Source: the human T2T-CHM13v2.0 reference genome, Homo sapiens. Taken from it: DNA of 64,000 bases. Position 1 is the stretch's first letter. Every line of letters starts with the position of its first letter. The DNA lies in NCBI RefSeq assembly GCF_009914755.1, contig NC_060928.1; one strand, 5' to 3'. The notes below the pieces were generated by a model. It worked only from the letters and a program-made list of their open reading frames with translations, did no database searches and was not told the origin of the DNA. Of this stretch, positions 15,210 to 34,272 are shown one piece after another. A program made the position numbers and the translations under genes.

Positions 15210-15884
15210 GTAACAGTTGATCCCTAAGTAGAAACCATAACAAGTCCTCTCTTATTTCTAAAGGTAACTCCAAGATTCTTTGCTTAGTTTTGTTTTGTTT
15301 TTAACAATTTTGGAGATTTTAACCAGAAAAAAATCCGTTTTGCCTGCTTCACCGGGGGGCGGGATAGGAGACAGCCCTAAGGGTTGTAGGATGCCCAGAG
15401 ACAGGGAACGTGGAATGCTACTGTGAGTGGAAGAGAGAACTAGGGCGGGGATGATGAGACTGTTTTAAAATAGGATAAAGGTTTTCCTCAAAACGAGAAA
15501 TTCTGTGCTTTAATTTCACAAGGGGAGACATGGGCGGATGCAGAGAGGGAGGACCCTTCCAGGCTGTGGTGTGTAAGGAGACGAAGGAGTGCTGGCATGA
15601 GGCGGCCTTGGCAGCGGGCGCACCATGAACATGCCAGTGTGGGTCCCTGTGAGCCCCCAAGGCAGTGACACCATGGGGATGCAGGCGCCAGCAGGGTCCA
15701 GCTTTGCATGGAGACAGAAGGCGCTGGCGGCTGTGGGCAGGAGCATGGGTCTGGTGTCGTTTTTGAAAATCGCTCAGGCTGTGCAGAAATGGACGCAGGA
15801 GAGGCCAGCGCCAGGAGTTGCAGGAGAGGCGGACTGTGGTGGGGGCGGTCAGGGTGGAGAAGTGGACAGACTTGAGATGCTGTC

Positions 15885-16640
15885 TGTAGCAGCAGTGGAC
15901 TCAGTGGTGGCCCCAGAAGATAAGCCACATCCTAACCCCCAGAGCCTGCAAATGGGATCTTGTTTGGAAAAGGATCTTTGTAGATATAATTAAATAAAGG
16001 ATTTTGGGATGAAATAATTCTGGAATATCTGGGTGGAGCCTAAATCCCATGACACAAGTGAGGCGGAGGAAGACTCGAGACAGGAGGCCCTGGTGAGGAC
16101 AGAGCAGAGGACGGACTGGAGGCTGGAGGGAGGCAGCCTCGAGGCGAGCCAGGGAGCCCCTGGGCCACCAGCAGCTGGAAGCCAGGGCAGGCTCCCCGGC
16201 TGTGGTCCGAAAGCATCCCCCAGATTCATGTTGGAAATTCCATCCCCAGCAGGGCAGTGCTGGGAGTTAGGGCTTGGGGGAGGCGCTCAGGCCGAGGGCC
16301 CTGCCCCATGCACGGATTGATGCTGCTGTGAAAGGACTGGCCAGCATGTGTTCTCACTTCTGATCTTCCCCAACATGAGGACGCAGCAGAAGGCCTTCAC
16401 AGGTGGCAACGTGGTGACCTTGAATGTCCCAGCTCCCAGAACTGTGCCGAAATCAATTTGTTCTTCATAAATCACCCAGTGTGTGGTGTTCTGTGGCAGC
16501 AGCACGGAATGGACTGTGCTTCTCCCCTGGAGCCTGCAGAGGGAGTGTGGCTGTTATGGACTCTGGAACTGAGTACATTTCTATTGTTTGAAGACACCAC
16601 CTCGTGATAATTTCCACGGCAGCCGCAGGAGACTAATTCA
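15885..16640 (+). mobile_element. MaLR LTR (MLT1-like) with a nested MST-like LTR at ~16200-16515
   Basis: MLT1-type motifs (tttggaaaaggatctttgtagatataattaa; tttctattgtttgaagacacc...gcagccgcaggagactaat) and MST-type motif (ttcttcataaatcacccagt). Confidence 0.6.
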
Positions 16641-17239
16641 GAGAAAGCCACAATAAGTTGCTGATGTATTTGGGTGGTGATGCAGAGAAAAGGAAGGGGT
16701 CAGGAATGACTGCAGGCCTGGGGCTGCTCGGTTTGGGGTGGGGGGTGGTGTCTCGGGACAGGCTGGCGTAGCTGCTGTGGTGGCACAGAGCAGAGGCTGT
16801 CAGGTCATGGGGGGCCAATGCCAGCCTTGAGTGTCCCACAGGTTGGCCGGGGATACGGACAGCACACCGGGGTTGGGGAGACTCACTGAGCACGGGCTGC
16901 CTGGAGATCATGGAGAAACCAAGTCAGGACACGGGGGGAAGGGAGAGAAGGAAATGGGGCAACGCTTTTTGCTAAGTTTCTATCGTTTTGTTTGCTTTTC
17001 TGTGTAGCGAAACAGAAAAGATGGATGGTAGCTGGGGACAGAGCAGGCCGAGGAAGTCCTTGGATTTTCATGTGGAGGTGTAGCGGGAAGCTGCCGGACA
17101 GTGGGGCTGCAGGGGGTGGGGAAGAGGTTGGCCATTTCCCAGCGCAGGGCTGGTTCCTCCAGGGAAGAGTGTGAGGTTTGCGCTGCTGCTGCGTTAACCG
17201 TGCCTCTGAGCCCCCAACCCAGCCACTCAGGCAGGTGGG

Positions 17240-18100
17240 GCTGCTTCAATTCATGCCTTCCCCAGGGAGGAATCTGAAGAACTGTCTACATGATCAGGGA
17301 AACGCAAGGAAAACTGCGTGGCACCACGCGTACCCCATAGAAGGGCCAGAATCCCAAGCACTGACAACACATTCGGGAAACGCCGGGAGCGCAGGTTCAT
17401 TCCTGTGGGAAGTGGAACCCGCAGGCCCTGTGGAGAACAGCTTGGCAGCTGCTGACAACACGAAACACACTCTCGGCAAACCACCCAGCAGCCACACCTC
17501 GTCATTTACCCACTGGAAATCTCCTGCCCACACAAAAACCTGCACCCGGATGTTGATAGCATCTTTCTTCATAATTACCAAAACCTGGAAGCGACCAAGA
17601 TGCCCTTCAGTAGATAAGTGGAAAAATAAACCGTGGTGCATCCGTACTGGACTATTATCCAGTACTGAAAAGAAATGAGCAGTCGGGCCAAGAGCAGGCA
17701 CATGGGAGAAACATCAAGTCCCTGTTACTAAGTAGAGAAGCCCCTCTGAAAAGGCTGTAGGCCGTGCGACTCCAGCTCTGCAGCATGGCGCACTGGAAAA
17801 GGCAGAACCATCCGGAGGCTGCAGGGGCTTGAGGAGGGTAGTAGGAGTGGGCGGGCACAGGGCTCCTGGGCGGCGATGCTGCTGTTTGTCCACCTGTGGC
17901 TGTGCCACCAGGGCGACCTGACATCCGCTCTGGACTCGGTGGAGGTGATGTCAGTGCAGGTTCCTGGGTGGTGACTAATGTGCCCCCATGCAGGGTGTTG
18001 GTGGCAGGGGGGTTCCAAGGGGGACGGGAACTCCCTGTACCTTCCTCTCAATTTTGCTGTAAACCTTAAATTGTTCTTTAAAAAGTCTAATTTTTTTAAA
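17240..18100 (+). mobile_element. Old L1M 3' fragment
   Basis: cacacaaaaacctgcacccggatgttgatagcatc, aaaacctggaagcgaccaagatgcccttcag, and aattttgctgtaaaccttaaattgttc typical of an L1MB/MC 3' end. Confidence 0.7.
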
Positions 18101-18755
18101 AGACTGGGGAGCCTAGTGCATTTTTGCACTATGGTGAGAGGGAGGGACAGCCTGGACCGGAGGTAGGGCCTGTGGGGAGAGGGTGCCCCTGGAGGCTGCA
18201 GCCGTGGGAGGGGGCTGGTGTGGACCGGGCCTGGGTGGGATGGGGAGGGAAACACTTCGGCCCTATGGGCCTCTCAGGCACCTGTGCCACCTGGGGAACC
18301 AGGGTGCCCGATTCCGGAGCTGTCAGGGCTGCTCATGGGGCTGCAAACCACCTCTTCCCGTTGCTCAGTACGGCAGGTGTGGTAGACAGGGTGTGATGGG
18401 GCCTGTCAAGAGAAAAAGGGTTCAGGGCAGCTGCAGGCCAGATAGGGGCGGGATGGGAGCCCACCACTGCAAGGAGCTTGTGCCTGCGCCTGCACCCCCT
18501 GCAGAAACGTCATCCCCCTAACTGGCACGGGCCTGCCCTGTAATATCTTATATGTTGCACTGGATTTCCGTTCAGCTGTGAGGTAGGGACCACACTCCAT
18601 CTCTAGGCTGTGAGGTAGGGATGGAGGAATACATGAACCAGCCCCCCCCACCCCATCTCTAGGCACGTTCTTGCATGATTGGGGAGGGGCTGCAGATTTC
18701 ATACCAGCATCAAGGTGGCCATGTCAGTGTGGGTTGAGCACCTCTCCGCTGCTAA

Positions 18756-18872
<117 letters not shown>

Positions 18873-18945
18873 TGATTTTCAGAGTCTGCTCTGAATGGCA
18901 GTGACTTTGCTGTGCATCTCTTATCTAAAATGTTAAATGACTCCA

Positions 18946-19251
<306 letters not shown>

Positions 19252-19823
19252 CTACAGAAATTGTTGTGAAACACAGTTCTGGTCTTTCTGAAATCATCAA
19301 CCCCAGAGCCAGCTTGGAAGGTGCCAGCTGAGCTGCGAGGGGCACAGGCCCTGGTGGGAAAGTGCTGAGGCCATGAGCGCCATGAGCAGAGGGTCCCCTG
19401 GGGCCTTTGGGCCCCTCTGAAGCAGGAAACCAATGGTGGAACTCTCCCACCTCAGCTGGTGTTGCTGCCTGGGGAGAGGGGGAGGAGCCAAGGCTGGCCT
19501 GGGGCTGGGCCAGAGGGTTTGAGGGAGAAGGGGGCAGGGGAGTGGCAGCCAGGGCCACATCAGGTACAGGTGGCCACCACGGTGTGCACAGTGGTCACTG
19601 GGTCACCTGGGGCCAGGGGAGAGGGCACATGTCTTCCTAGCCCGTCTTCCCCCAGCAACTTCTGGGGGACCCTTCTGTTGCTCAGAACAGAAGGGTCTCT
19701 GTGCAGCCCTGCGTGTGGACTGTGCCTCACGGGACGCGATTCCTCAGCACCCTTCCCGATGAAGTAGGTCCTTCTCGCCTCCACCCCTGCTAAGCAGGCA
19801 CTGTGCGTTCTTGTGTCTTCCAG

Positions 19824-19871
19824 AAGGCGCCGCTCCTGCTGCACTACAGACCCAAGATGGACTTGCTGTGA
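19824..19871 (+). CDS. PCGF3: PCGF3 terminal coding segment (KAPLLLHYRPKMDLL*)
   Basis: Acceptor ttgtgtcttccAG and stop TGA at 19869-19871. PLLLHYRP is the typical PCGF RAWUL C-terminus. Confidence 0.97.
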   Translation, partial: KAPLLLHYRPKMDLL

Positions 19872-22800
19872 ATGGTGCCACACAGCGCCCACAGACTGGG
19901 CCCTCGCACCCTTGGGTGCTCCCGGCCGCCGCGCTTAAGAACATTGCCTCTGGGTGTCATGTGGACCAGACTTCTGAATAGAGAATATTTATAACTTTTG
20001 TATGAGAGAGAATTCACACTCAACAAGACACTACCAGCACCACGTTTACAGAGGATGAAAACACTTCACAGTCTCCCAGAGCCGATCGTCCTCTCCCCCG
20101 CCCCACCCCGTGCTTCAGCCTTGCAGGGAGAGTGATGCTCCAGGCAACACGGTTCTGAGTCACCTTCTGACACGAGCTCCCTCTGCTTGCTTTCCAGGTC
20201 TTGAAAATCTGAATTCACTTCAGTTTAGTTTATGAATTTTAGGTTTCATGATAAGCCTCAAGTGTAGTTGGGACTTTTATTGAATCCTTCCTAAGTTATT
20301 GAAAAAATGTCTTTTCATGGTGAATGACAATATTTATGTTGCCTTTAGCTTCTTGAAGATTTAGAAGTTATATAAAAAATTAATTTAAAAGCAAACCAAA
20401 AGAGGTTTCCATTAACATTATGATTTAACCATTGTATTTAATTTCCCACCTTATGAAACACAACAGCAGCTCCCTGACTGGTTCGCCTTTCATTGTGTGA
20501 GGTCGGCACTTGGACTCACTCAGAACTGTCGCTCACCTGTGGCTGACACACCCAGCCCTGGAAACGGGGCCCCAGACGCCACGTCGGGATTTCTGACATG
20601 CTCAGCAGGTAGACCAGAGGCCGTGTGACCAGCTCAGTGCTGGTTTACGGAACAACTCTTACTTTTAAAAATTACTTGTTCCCCCAAATTGTTGAGTGCC
20701 GCCGTTTGGTTTCCTATGTTTTCTTTCCCTGTTTTGATTTTGCTGAAGGGAGAGGTGGTGGTGGTTAGGATCAGAGCTCTCCTGGCATCCGTGGGGAGGA
20801 TTTGCTGGTGGTGGCTTCGGGCTCATGCCCAGACACACTCACTGCCCCGTCTGTCCAAGGCCTCCCCTTCCCCTTTGCTGGTGGGAGGAGCTCGTGTGCT
20901 CCTTGGCCGCTTACTGGAAGGGCGTTTTTCAGAGCTGCAGGGACAGGGTGAGCAGCTGAAGGGCTAGGAGGGAAGCCGGCCCCCGCTCTGCAGAAGCTGC
21001 ATTTCAGCTGAATCTGTGTTTCAGCCTCAGTTGGTTGCACCGTTAGCCCCTCTCCTCCCGGATGGTCATGTTTTTGTCACATTAGAGAATAAACAGCCAC
21101 ACACACATTTTTTTTTTTCCTTTAAAACAGTAACTTGGAAATATGAAAAGGCCAGAAGGAGGAGCAAGGGCTGTTTTCTGGAGTGGTTGAGGTGTTGTCC
21201 TGCAGTTGTCATTGTCTTCTCCACCGGGCTGTTCCCATTTATTTCCTGTGGAACTGAATCCCTCCTCCCTCCACTCCTTGGGAGCCCAGGTGGTCCTTGG
21301 CCACCATTCAGGCTTTCCAAGAAGCCAACCACCTTGGAGATTTTTTTTCTTGAATTTCGCTGTTTTCTTCTGCTTCCTTTAGATAAAAAGCAGCTCAAGA
21401 GACCTTATCTTAGGGATGAGAAAAACATGCATATTAATTCCATCTGAGTGATTGTCAGTGTAAGGCCTTTTAAAACAAAAGCAAGTTCTTTGTTAGGAAT
21501 TGGTCAAAATTCATCTCTTTCTTTAAGCCCATCAACTCCCAGGACGGTTTGAGTTACTCAGTTACCTAAGCTTGCTATTCATCCAAATCATTTTCTAGAG
21601 TCACTGTATAAGGGTCTATGAGTAGCTGTGTATGAATAAATATTACCTGTCTACCTCAAAATACACATACTGCTGAAGCATTCTGTACAACCGTGTGTTA
21701 TCACAGTGCAGTTTTAAGTGTAACGTTAGAACTTAGGCATTTTCCTGTGTGGCGGAATAAGAAAGGATTAAACAGTTACAAGCCTCCAAATTCAAATAAA
21801 ATTAAATCACAGTTCAGATGAAACTGAATATCATTGTAATAATCTCATAATATATATTTGTAACTTTGTAGCTATCTTTGAAATCACTTGACTTTGCAAT
21901 GGTGCTAAGCTGATAGATTTAAATACACAGACGGGCGAGTGGCGCCCGTGTCGATGTCTTCAGCCAGTGGTGACCCTGCTTTTGTAACCGCGTTAACCTG
22001 ACAAAACCTCAGCAGCAGAAGTCCCTATTTTTCTAGGAGTTCATCGTGCAGACAGTCTTCACTACAGGACTCGGCCCTGGGGCCTCTGCCTCTCGTCTGA
22101 CCTTGCAGCCTTAGTCGTTGGAGGCTGGAGCGCAATGGCCCTGCCGTCTGTGGAGCCTCTGGGCGGCCTTCTTTCCTTTCTGTCAACCTCTCATTTCACA
22201 GAAAAAGGCTGAATTTCATTTTTTCCAGCATGAAAGCCAGGATCGGTTAGTGGTTGGATTCTATTGGTTTTTTTTTTAAACAGATGGGGTTACTGTGAAG
22301 AAGTTTTCACAACTATTTATGCTGGTAAAACAAATGCTGTTAAATCACCTTATGCGTCGTTTTCAACAGCAGTGGGGCTAATTACCCGGAATACGGTCTC
22401 ACCGATGCAGTTTTCATGGACATAGAAAATTCAAATAGAATATATAATATTGAATTTAAGATTTGGGGGGTTAAAAAAGAAAACTTAACTTTATAAAATT
22501 ATTTATTCTATTTTAAGCCTTCTATCATATTTTCCCATCCAATTGTTTGGTTTCAGTGGTCCAGCTTTATTTACAGGCATATAAAATGAAATTGTGAGAT
22601 GTTTTGCAAGCTTCTTTTTACTTTGAGTAGCTTTTAATTTGTATGTTTTTATGTGGATGAAGAGCATTTTTTATGCTTTTGTGCAATAGGTTCCAATATG
22701 CATTTATTAGACATCTGTTTAAATGGTAATGTAGCATTTATTTTGCTAAATTGAAAGGGAACATAGATGGAATTCCAAAATATGTACATTCAGCTGTTTG

Positions 22801-23885
22801 GTTTTTCGTTTTTCATTGTTATTATTGTGAGAATGCTGTTATTGGGGTTGTGTGTGAGTGCCCGTCAGCCAGTGATGCCTCGGGCCACGCTGTGGGGCCA
22901 CCTCAGTCCTGCCTGGGTCCTGGTGCCTTGGACCCCACGTGCTTGTGGCCAGGCTGCCCCTGGGCGGGGCCATGTGGCCTCAGACCACAAGAGCGGAGCT
23001 GCCCTGGCCCAAGCACTGCAGCTGCCTGCACCCCCGGGCTTCGCAGCCTTGCTTGTTTTCTCTGAACAGCAACAGAACAATGTTCACAGCGATTCAAAGG
23101 GTGGCATTGGGTTGGACGTTCTGGGTACAAGCCAACCTAGTCCCACGTTGTACGTGAATGTTTAATGTGCTCTCAAAACATGGAAAATAAGTTTAGTGCA
23201 CATAGCTAAATCACAAAACATCCAATTTCTCTGTTTCCTCAGGAAGTCATTACTGCGCCACCACATCACATGACCTTAACATGATCAATGTATTTCTCTG
23301 CCTTGACATTTAAATACATAAATTGAGATAAGTAGATTAGAAAATCATTCAAATGATACCATAATTTGTACGGGACAGGGTGCGGGCAATGGCCACGTGG
23401 CCAAGGCCCCGCAGGAACGCGCCGAGGTCTCCCTCACCCTCCAGGTGTCCTTCGCACCCAACAGTGCGTCTGAGGAACGAGCTGCAGTTTGAGCGTTCCC
23501 CTGAGATGTGCGTAGCCTCCGTGTAAATGTCCACTCCCATGGCTTAATTGCCTATCAGACGCATTTTCCCAGACGAAAGCAATGTTGGGTTGGGGAAGAC
23601 AGTGCAGCCACCCAGCCTTTACCAGCAGCGTATGGCAGACGAAGGCAGTCGAGGTGTGGAGGTGATCACGAAGATACATGTGTTTGACTGTTTAATTTGA
23701 AAGTTTACATTTTTTATGCTTTGTGTTGGTGTGTAATTTTTGTACTCTTGGTGGCTAGTTTTTGTCAAATCTTTTTTGGAATATTGCTTAAATGTTTTGA
23801 TTTTATGATAGTGAAGCTTGTATTCAGTGTTTTGCCAATTAATATTATATGCTTGTAATAAAAGCAAAAGAAAAGCTTAAGTGAA
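19872..23885 (+). other. PCGF3: PCGF3 long 3'UTR (~4 kb; end approximate)
   Basis: Alu-free, AU-rich stretch following the stop codon. AATAAA at 23857-23862 is followed by GT-rich sequence. Confidence 0.8.
23857..23862 (+). terminator. PCGF3: Probable distal polyadenylation signal of PCGF3
   Basis: AATAAA with U-rich/TGTA upstream elements and downstream gtgaaagtgtttctgg. Confidence 0.75.
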
Positions 23886-24563
23886 AGTGTTTCTGGCTGG
23901 AAATGTATTACATAAATCATTTGTATGAGCATGAGAGATGACTTGCTCATGGGATGAGCAATGCTGTGGGTATTGGATGGACCACTCAGGCAGCCTGGCC
24001 GCACACACACACATGCATGCTACATATGTGTACGCTCAGACCACATGCCTGCACATATGTCCACACACCAGCCCACGGCTCCCTTCCTCACCCCAGCCCT
24101 CCCCACTCCCAGGTTAACCAATGTCTCGATTTGCTTCAGGCGGCATTTGTAAACTGTCACCCTGCTTGCAAACCCTCATTTAAATTGGTCCAGCATTTGC
24201 TACCAGAGTTTAGGCCACAAACTTTGTAAAGCTCAGTTTGTCTCCTTGCAGAAAGAGGTTGCTGCAGTTTGGAGCTGGTTATGCCAAGGAAAATACGGCT
24301 AAAAAAGAACTTACTGATTCCCATAGGTGTGTCAACTGACAAATGAATGTTCCATCTCCCTACGACAATTTGCTGCCCCTCCCCAAAAAAAGCACTATGG
24401 CCAAAATTTCAGTTTTTAAAGGTTAAGTAAAATACAACAATTCTGAAACTCTTAAGAGAACCAGAATTGGAAGGAAAGGAGAATGGCCAAAATTATATTC
24501 TCACAACCTAAAGCAGTAAACTTTAAAAATAGGTTCAGTCTTAGACTTGACTTAATTGACTTA

Positions 24564-25237
<674 letters not shown>

Positions 25238-26253
25238 TTAGAAATGTCAAGATACTGGCTGAAACCACAAGCAGACACTGATGTCAGCGTCAACTGCAGG
25301 GAGTAGGGGAAACACAAGTCCTCAAAATTGGGTCCACCCACTTTGGGGACTGGGCCATGAAGCCTGGTGATAGCAGCCACGGGAGCCTGAGGTCTGAGAG
25401 CTTCAAGCTCCATCTGAGCACAGTGGGTGGGGTCCCTGCACCAGGACCCCAGAAACAAGCTCTGGAAGTTGGTTCCTGTGGGTTCTGCAGCAGCTCAGGG
25501 CTGCAGGGACCTTGACGCTCTCACAGCAGAGCCAAGCCTCGGCCTCTCTGCTCGCTGGTGGTTTTGTTTCTCCCATGCAGTTCTGTGTGCATAAGACAAA
25601 AATCCTGTGTTAGTCATGTGTGTTAGTACACCTGTGACCGGGTGAAAGCCCAACAGTGTCCCCTGAAAGGCAGCAGAGGAACAGAAAAACAAGGGGGTTT
25701 GCTGTGATGAGACCCGCACCGTCTGCGTTCAGGAAGCCAGGGCCTTCTGCTGCTAGAGGCCCCTGAGGCCCACCAAATCCTCCCAAAGTAGATGTCCATA
25801 TGGCTTCTAGTTTTTAAGGATAAAACTCCCTTGAGATGCACTGAGTCCCTCCTGAGGGGCTGTGGAGGGCTGAGCCTGCATTGGTTGGGAGGCCTGTGTC
25901 CTGACGGTGCTCTGCAGTAGCTACACTGAACGTCCCCTTTAATAGAAAGAATTATCTGTCTTCCGCTTACACAGAAATGCAACTGTGCTTACATAAATCA
26001 GCACAGAGTCCTAAATCCATAAATAAGCAAAGAGTCCTTTCTCTTACCCACATTACTCCTCAGTCAAGGAAAGTACACAAAGCACATTTGTTTCATTTTT
26101 TTTTGGTGGCTTATGCTCCAATTGTGAGGAAGGAGATGCTCCCCTGGGCCCACCCCGCCCACCCCAGAGTGTCTGCCCACGCCAATTCCTGGGGAAGGTG
26201 TGGCCTGCTCAAGGGATAAGACTCCTGTCGACGTTGGACAAACAACCATTTGA

Positions 26254-26591
<338 letters not shown>

Positions 26592-27158
26592 GAAGGTTGC
26601 TTTTTTAAAGCATTTTTAGTCAAAGTCTTTTGAAAGATGAAAGGTCTGGCCTTGGTCACAGTAGTCCTGCTGTGAAGACGCATGAAGGTGCCCTGGGTCA
26701 GGGGAGCAGCCAATTTCACTGACACCCTGGGACGCACAACCAGGACCTGACCTCTTGCTGGGAGATTACCCCGAGACTTCAGTCATCACCATGCACACTG
26801 CCTTGTAGGAAGGCTGGGAACCCTCAGGTGGGGACAGCCCCCAGTCTGCCAGGGCCCCTCAGAGGTTGAGGGGGCAGGGTCCCTCCTCACATTTCTCACC
26901 TGCAGCTGGTGCCACAACTGTGAATGTTGGAGTTGTCCAGTCCCACAGCTTCCTCTGCCCCACAGCACAGGGCAGATTGGCCTGCAGGGCCTCATCACCC
27001 CCATTCTCTGAGAGGAGATGTGGCTATCCCTGGCAGGCCTCGCTCTGGCTGGTAGCTTTCTCCTGGGCTGCCATCTTCTAGTGCCAGTGAGGACTCTGGT
27101 CATCTCACCTGCTTAATTCCCATACTGTGTTGTCCACAGCTCTGCTCGGGTCTGGTAG

Positions 27159-28946
27159 TGAGAGGTGACAGTGTGCTGGCAGCCCTCTCAGCCCTCGCTT
27201 GCTCTCGGCACCTCCTTGGCCTTGGCACCCACTCTGGCTGCCCTTGAGGAGCCCTTCAGCCCGCCGCTGCACTGTGGGAGCCCCTTTCTGGGCTGGCCAA
27301 GGCCAGAGCCGGCTCCCTCAGCTTGCAGGGAGGTGTGGATGGAGAGACAGACGCGGGTGGGAACCAGGGATGTGGGCAGGCTTGCAGGCCAGCAAGAGTT
27401 CCGGGTGGGCGTGGGCTCGGCAGGCCCTGCACTCAGAGCGGCCAGCCGACCGGCTCTGCTGGCCCCGGGCAGTGAGGGGCTTAGCACCTGGGCCAGCAGC
27501 TGCTGTGCTCAATTTCTCGCTGGGCCTTAGCTGCCTCCCTGCAGGGCAGGGCAGGGCTCGGGACCTGCAGCCCACCACGCCTGAGCCTCCCACCCCTTCC
27601 ATGGGCTCCTATGTGGCCCCAGCCTCCCCGACGAGCACTGCCCCGTGCTCCACGGCACCCAGTCCCATCGACCACCCAAGGGCTGAGGAGTGCAGGCGCA
27701 CAGCACAAGACTGGCAGGCAGCTCCACCTGCAGCCCCAGCGCAGGATCCACTGGGTGAAGCCAGCTGGGCTCCTGAGTCTGGTGGGGACTTGGGAGAAGC
27801 TTTATGTCTAGCTAAGGGATTGTAAATACACCAATCGGCACTCTGTATCTAGCTCAAGGTTTGTAAACACACCAATCAGCACGCTGTGTCTAGCTCAGGG
27901 TTTGTGAATGCACCAATCGACACTCTGTATCTAGCTACCCTGGTGGGGACGTAGAGATCTTTTGTGTCTAGCTCAGGAATTGTAAAAGCACCAATCAGCA
28001 CCCTGTCAAAAACGGACCAATCAGCTCTCTGTAAAATGGACCAATCAGCTCTCTGTAAAATGGACCAATCAGCAGGATGTGGGTGGGGCCAGATAAGAGA
28101 ATAAAAGCAGGCTGCCCGAGCCAGCAGTGGCAACCTGGTCCTGTCCCCTTCCACACTGTGGAAGCTTTGTTCTTTTGCTCTTTGCAATAAATCTTGCTGC
28201 TGCTCACTCTTTGGGTCCACACTGCCTTTATGAGCTGTAACACCGCAAAGGTCTGCAGCTTCACTCCTGAAGCCATCGAGACCACGAACCCAGTGGGAAG
28301 AATGAACAACTCCAGACGCGCCGCCTTAAAAGCTGTAACACTCATCGTGAAGGTCTGCAGCTTCACTCCTGAGCCATCGAGACCACAGACGCAGTGGGAA
28401 GAATGAACAACTCCAGACGCGAAACCTTAAGAGCTGTTAAGACTCACCACGAAGGTCTGCAGCTTCACTCCTGAGCCATCGAGACCACGGACCCAGTGGG
28501 AAGAATGAACAACTCCAGACGCGCCACCTTAAGAGCCGTAACACTCACCACGAAGGTCTGCAGCTTCACTCCTGAGCCATCGAGACCATGAACCCAGTGG
28601 GAAGAATGAACAACTCCAGACACAGCACCTTAAGAGCCGTAACACTCACCGCGAAAGTCCACAGCTTCACTCCTGAGCCATCGAGACCACGAACCCAGTG
28701 GGAAGAATGAACAACTCCAGACGCACCACCTTAAGAGCCGTAACACTCACCACGAAGGTCTGCAGCTTCACTCCTGAGCCAGCGAGACCACAGACCCACC
28801 AGAAGGAAGAAACTCCAAACACATCCGAACATCAGAAGGAACAAACTCCAGACACGCCACCTTTAAGAGCTGTAACACTCACTACGAGGGCCCTCGGCTT
28901 CATTCTTGAAGTCAGTGAGACCAAGAACCCACCAATTCCGGACACA
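27159..28946 (+). mobile_element. Solo LTR12 (ERV9 LTR, LTR12C/E-like)
   Basis: Starts TGAGAGGTGACAG and ends ...AATTCCGGACACA, with TSD GTAG at 27155-27158 and 28947-28950. Contains repeated CCAAT boxes, a TATA-like AATAAA at 28100 and a poly(A) AATAAA at 28186. Confidence 0.95.
28245..28790 (+). repeat. ~101-bp tandem repeat inside the LTR12 U5 region (5 full units plus a variant)
   Basis: The gtctgcagcttcactcctga motif (one copy slightly variant) starts at 28251, 28353, 28455, 28556, 28657 and 28758. Confidence 0.9.
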
Positions 28947-28969
28947 GTAGGACCCCCTTTATGGTGTGG

Positions 28970-29586
28970 GGTTTTTTTTCTTTTTTTGGAGACAGGGCCT
29001 CACTCTGTCACCCAGGCCAGAGTGCAGTGGTGCAATCATGGCTCACTGTAACCTCGGGCTCCTGGCCTCAAGCCATACTCCCACCTCACCCTCCAGAGTA
29101 GCTGGGACTACAGGCACCACCACACCCAGCTAATTTTTTATTTTTGTAGAGATGGGGTTTTGCCATGTTGCCCAGGCTCGTCTCGAACTGAACTCAAGCA
29201 ATCTGCCCACCTCGGTTTCCCAAAGTGCTGGGATTATGGCAGGAGCCTCCACGCCAGCCCTTTTTCTTTATTTTGTGTGTGTCTGTGTGTGTGTGAGAGA
29301 AAGAGAGAGTACCATTCTGTCACCCAGGCTGGAATGCAGTGGAGCAATCTCAGCTCACCACCAACCTCCACCTCCCAGGCCTAAGCAATTCTCCTGTCTC
29401 AGCTTCCCAAGTAGCTGGGATTACAGGCACCCACCACCACACCCACCTAATTTTTGTATTTTTAGTAGAGATGGGTTTCACCATGCTGGCCAGGCTGACC
29501 ACAAATGACATTCCTCAACACAAATGATCCGCCTGCTTCAGCCTCCCAAAGTGTTGGGATTACAGGCGTGAGCCACCTCACCCAGC
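28970..29586 (-). mobile_element. Two antisense Alus
   Basis: Alu consensus motifs. Confidence 0.88.
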
Positions 29587-29599
29587 CTTTTTTTTAATG

Positions 29600-33950
<4,351 letters not shown>

Positions 33951-33969
33951 CTTTGGCCCACAGTTGTGG

Positions 33970-34272
<303 letters not shown>

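Noticed and set aside
20689-21447. 92-143 aa ORFs in the PCGF3 3'UTR
   Set aside because: Non-ATG starts and no recognisable homology; expected by chance.
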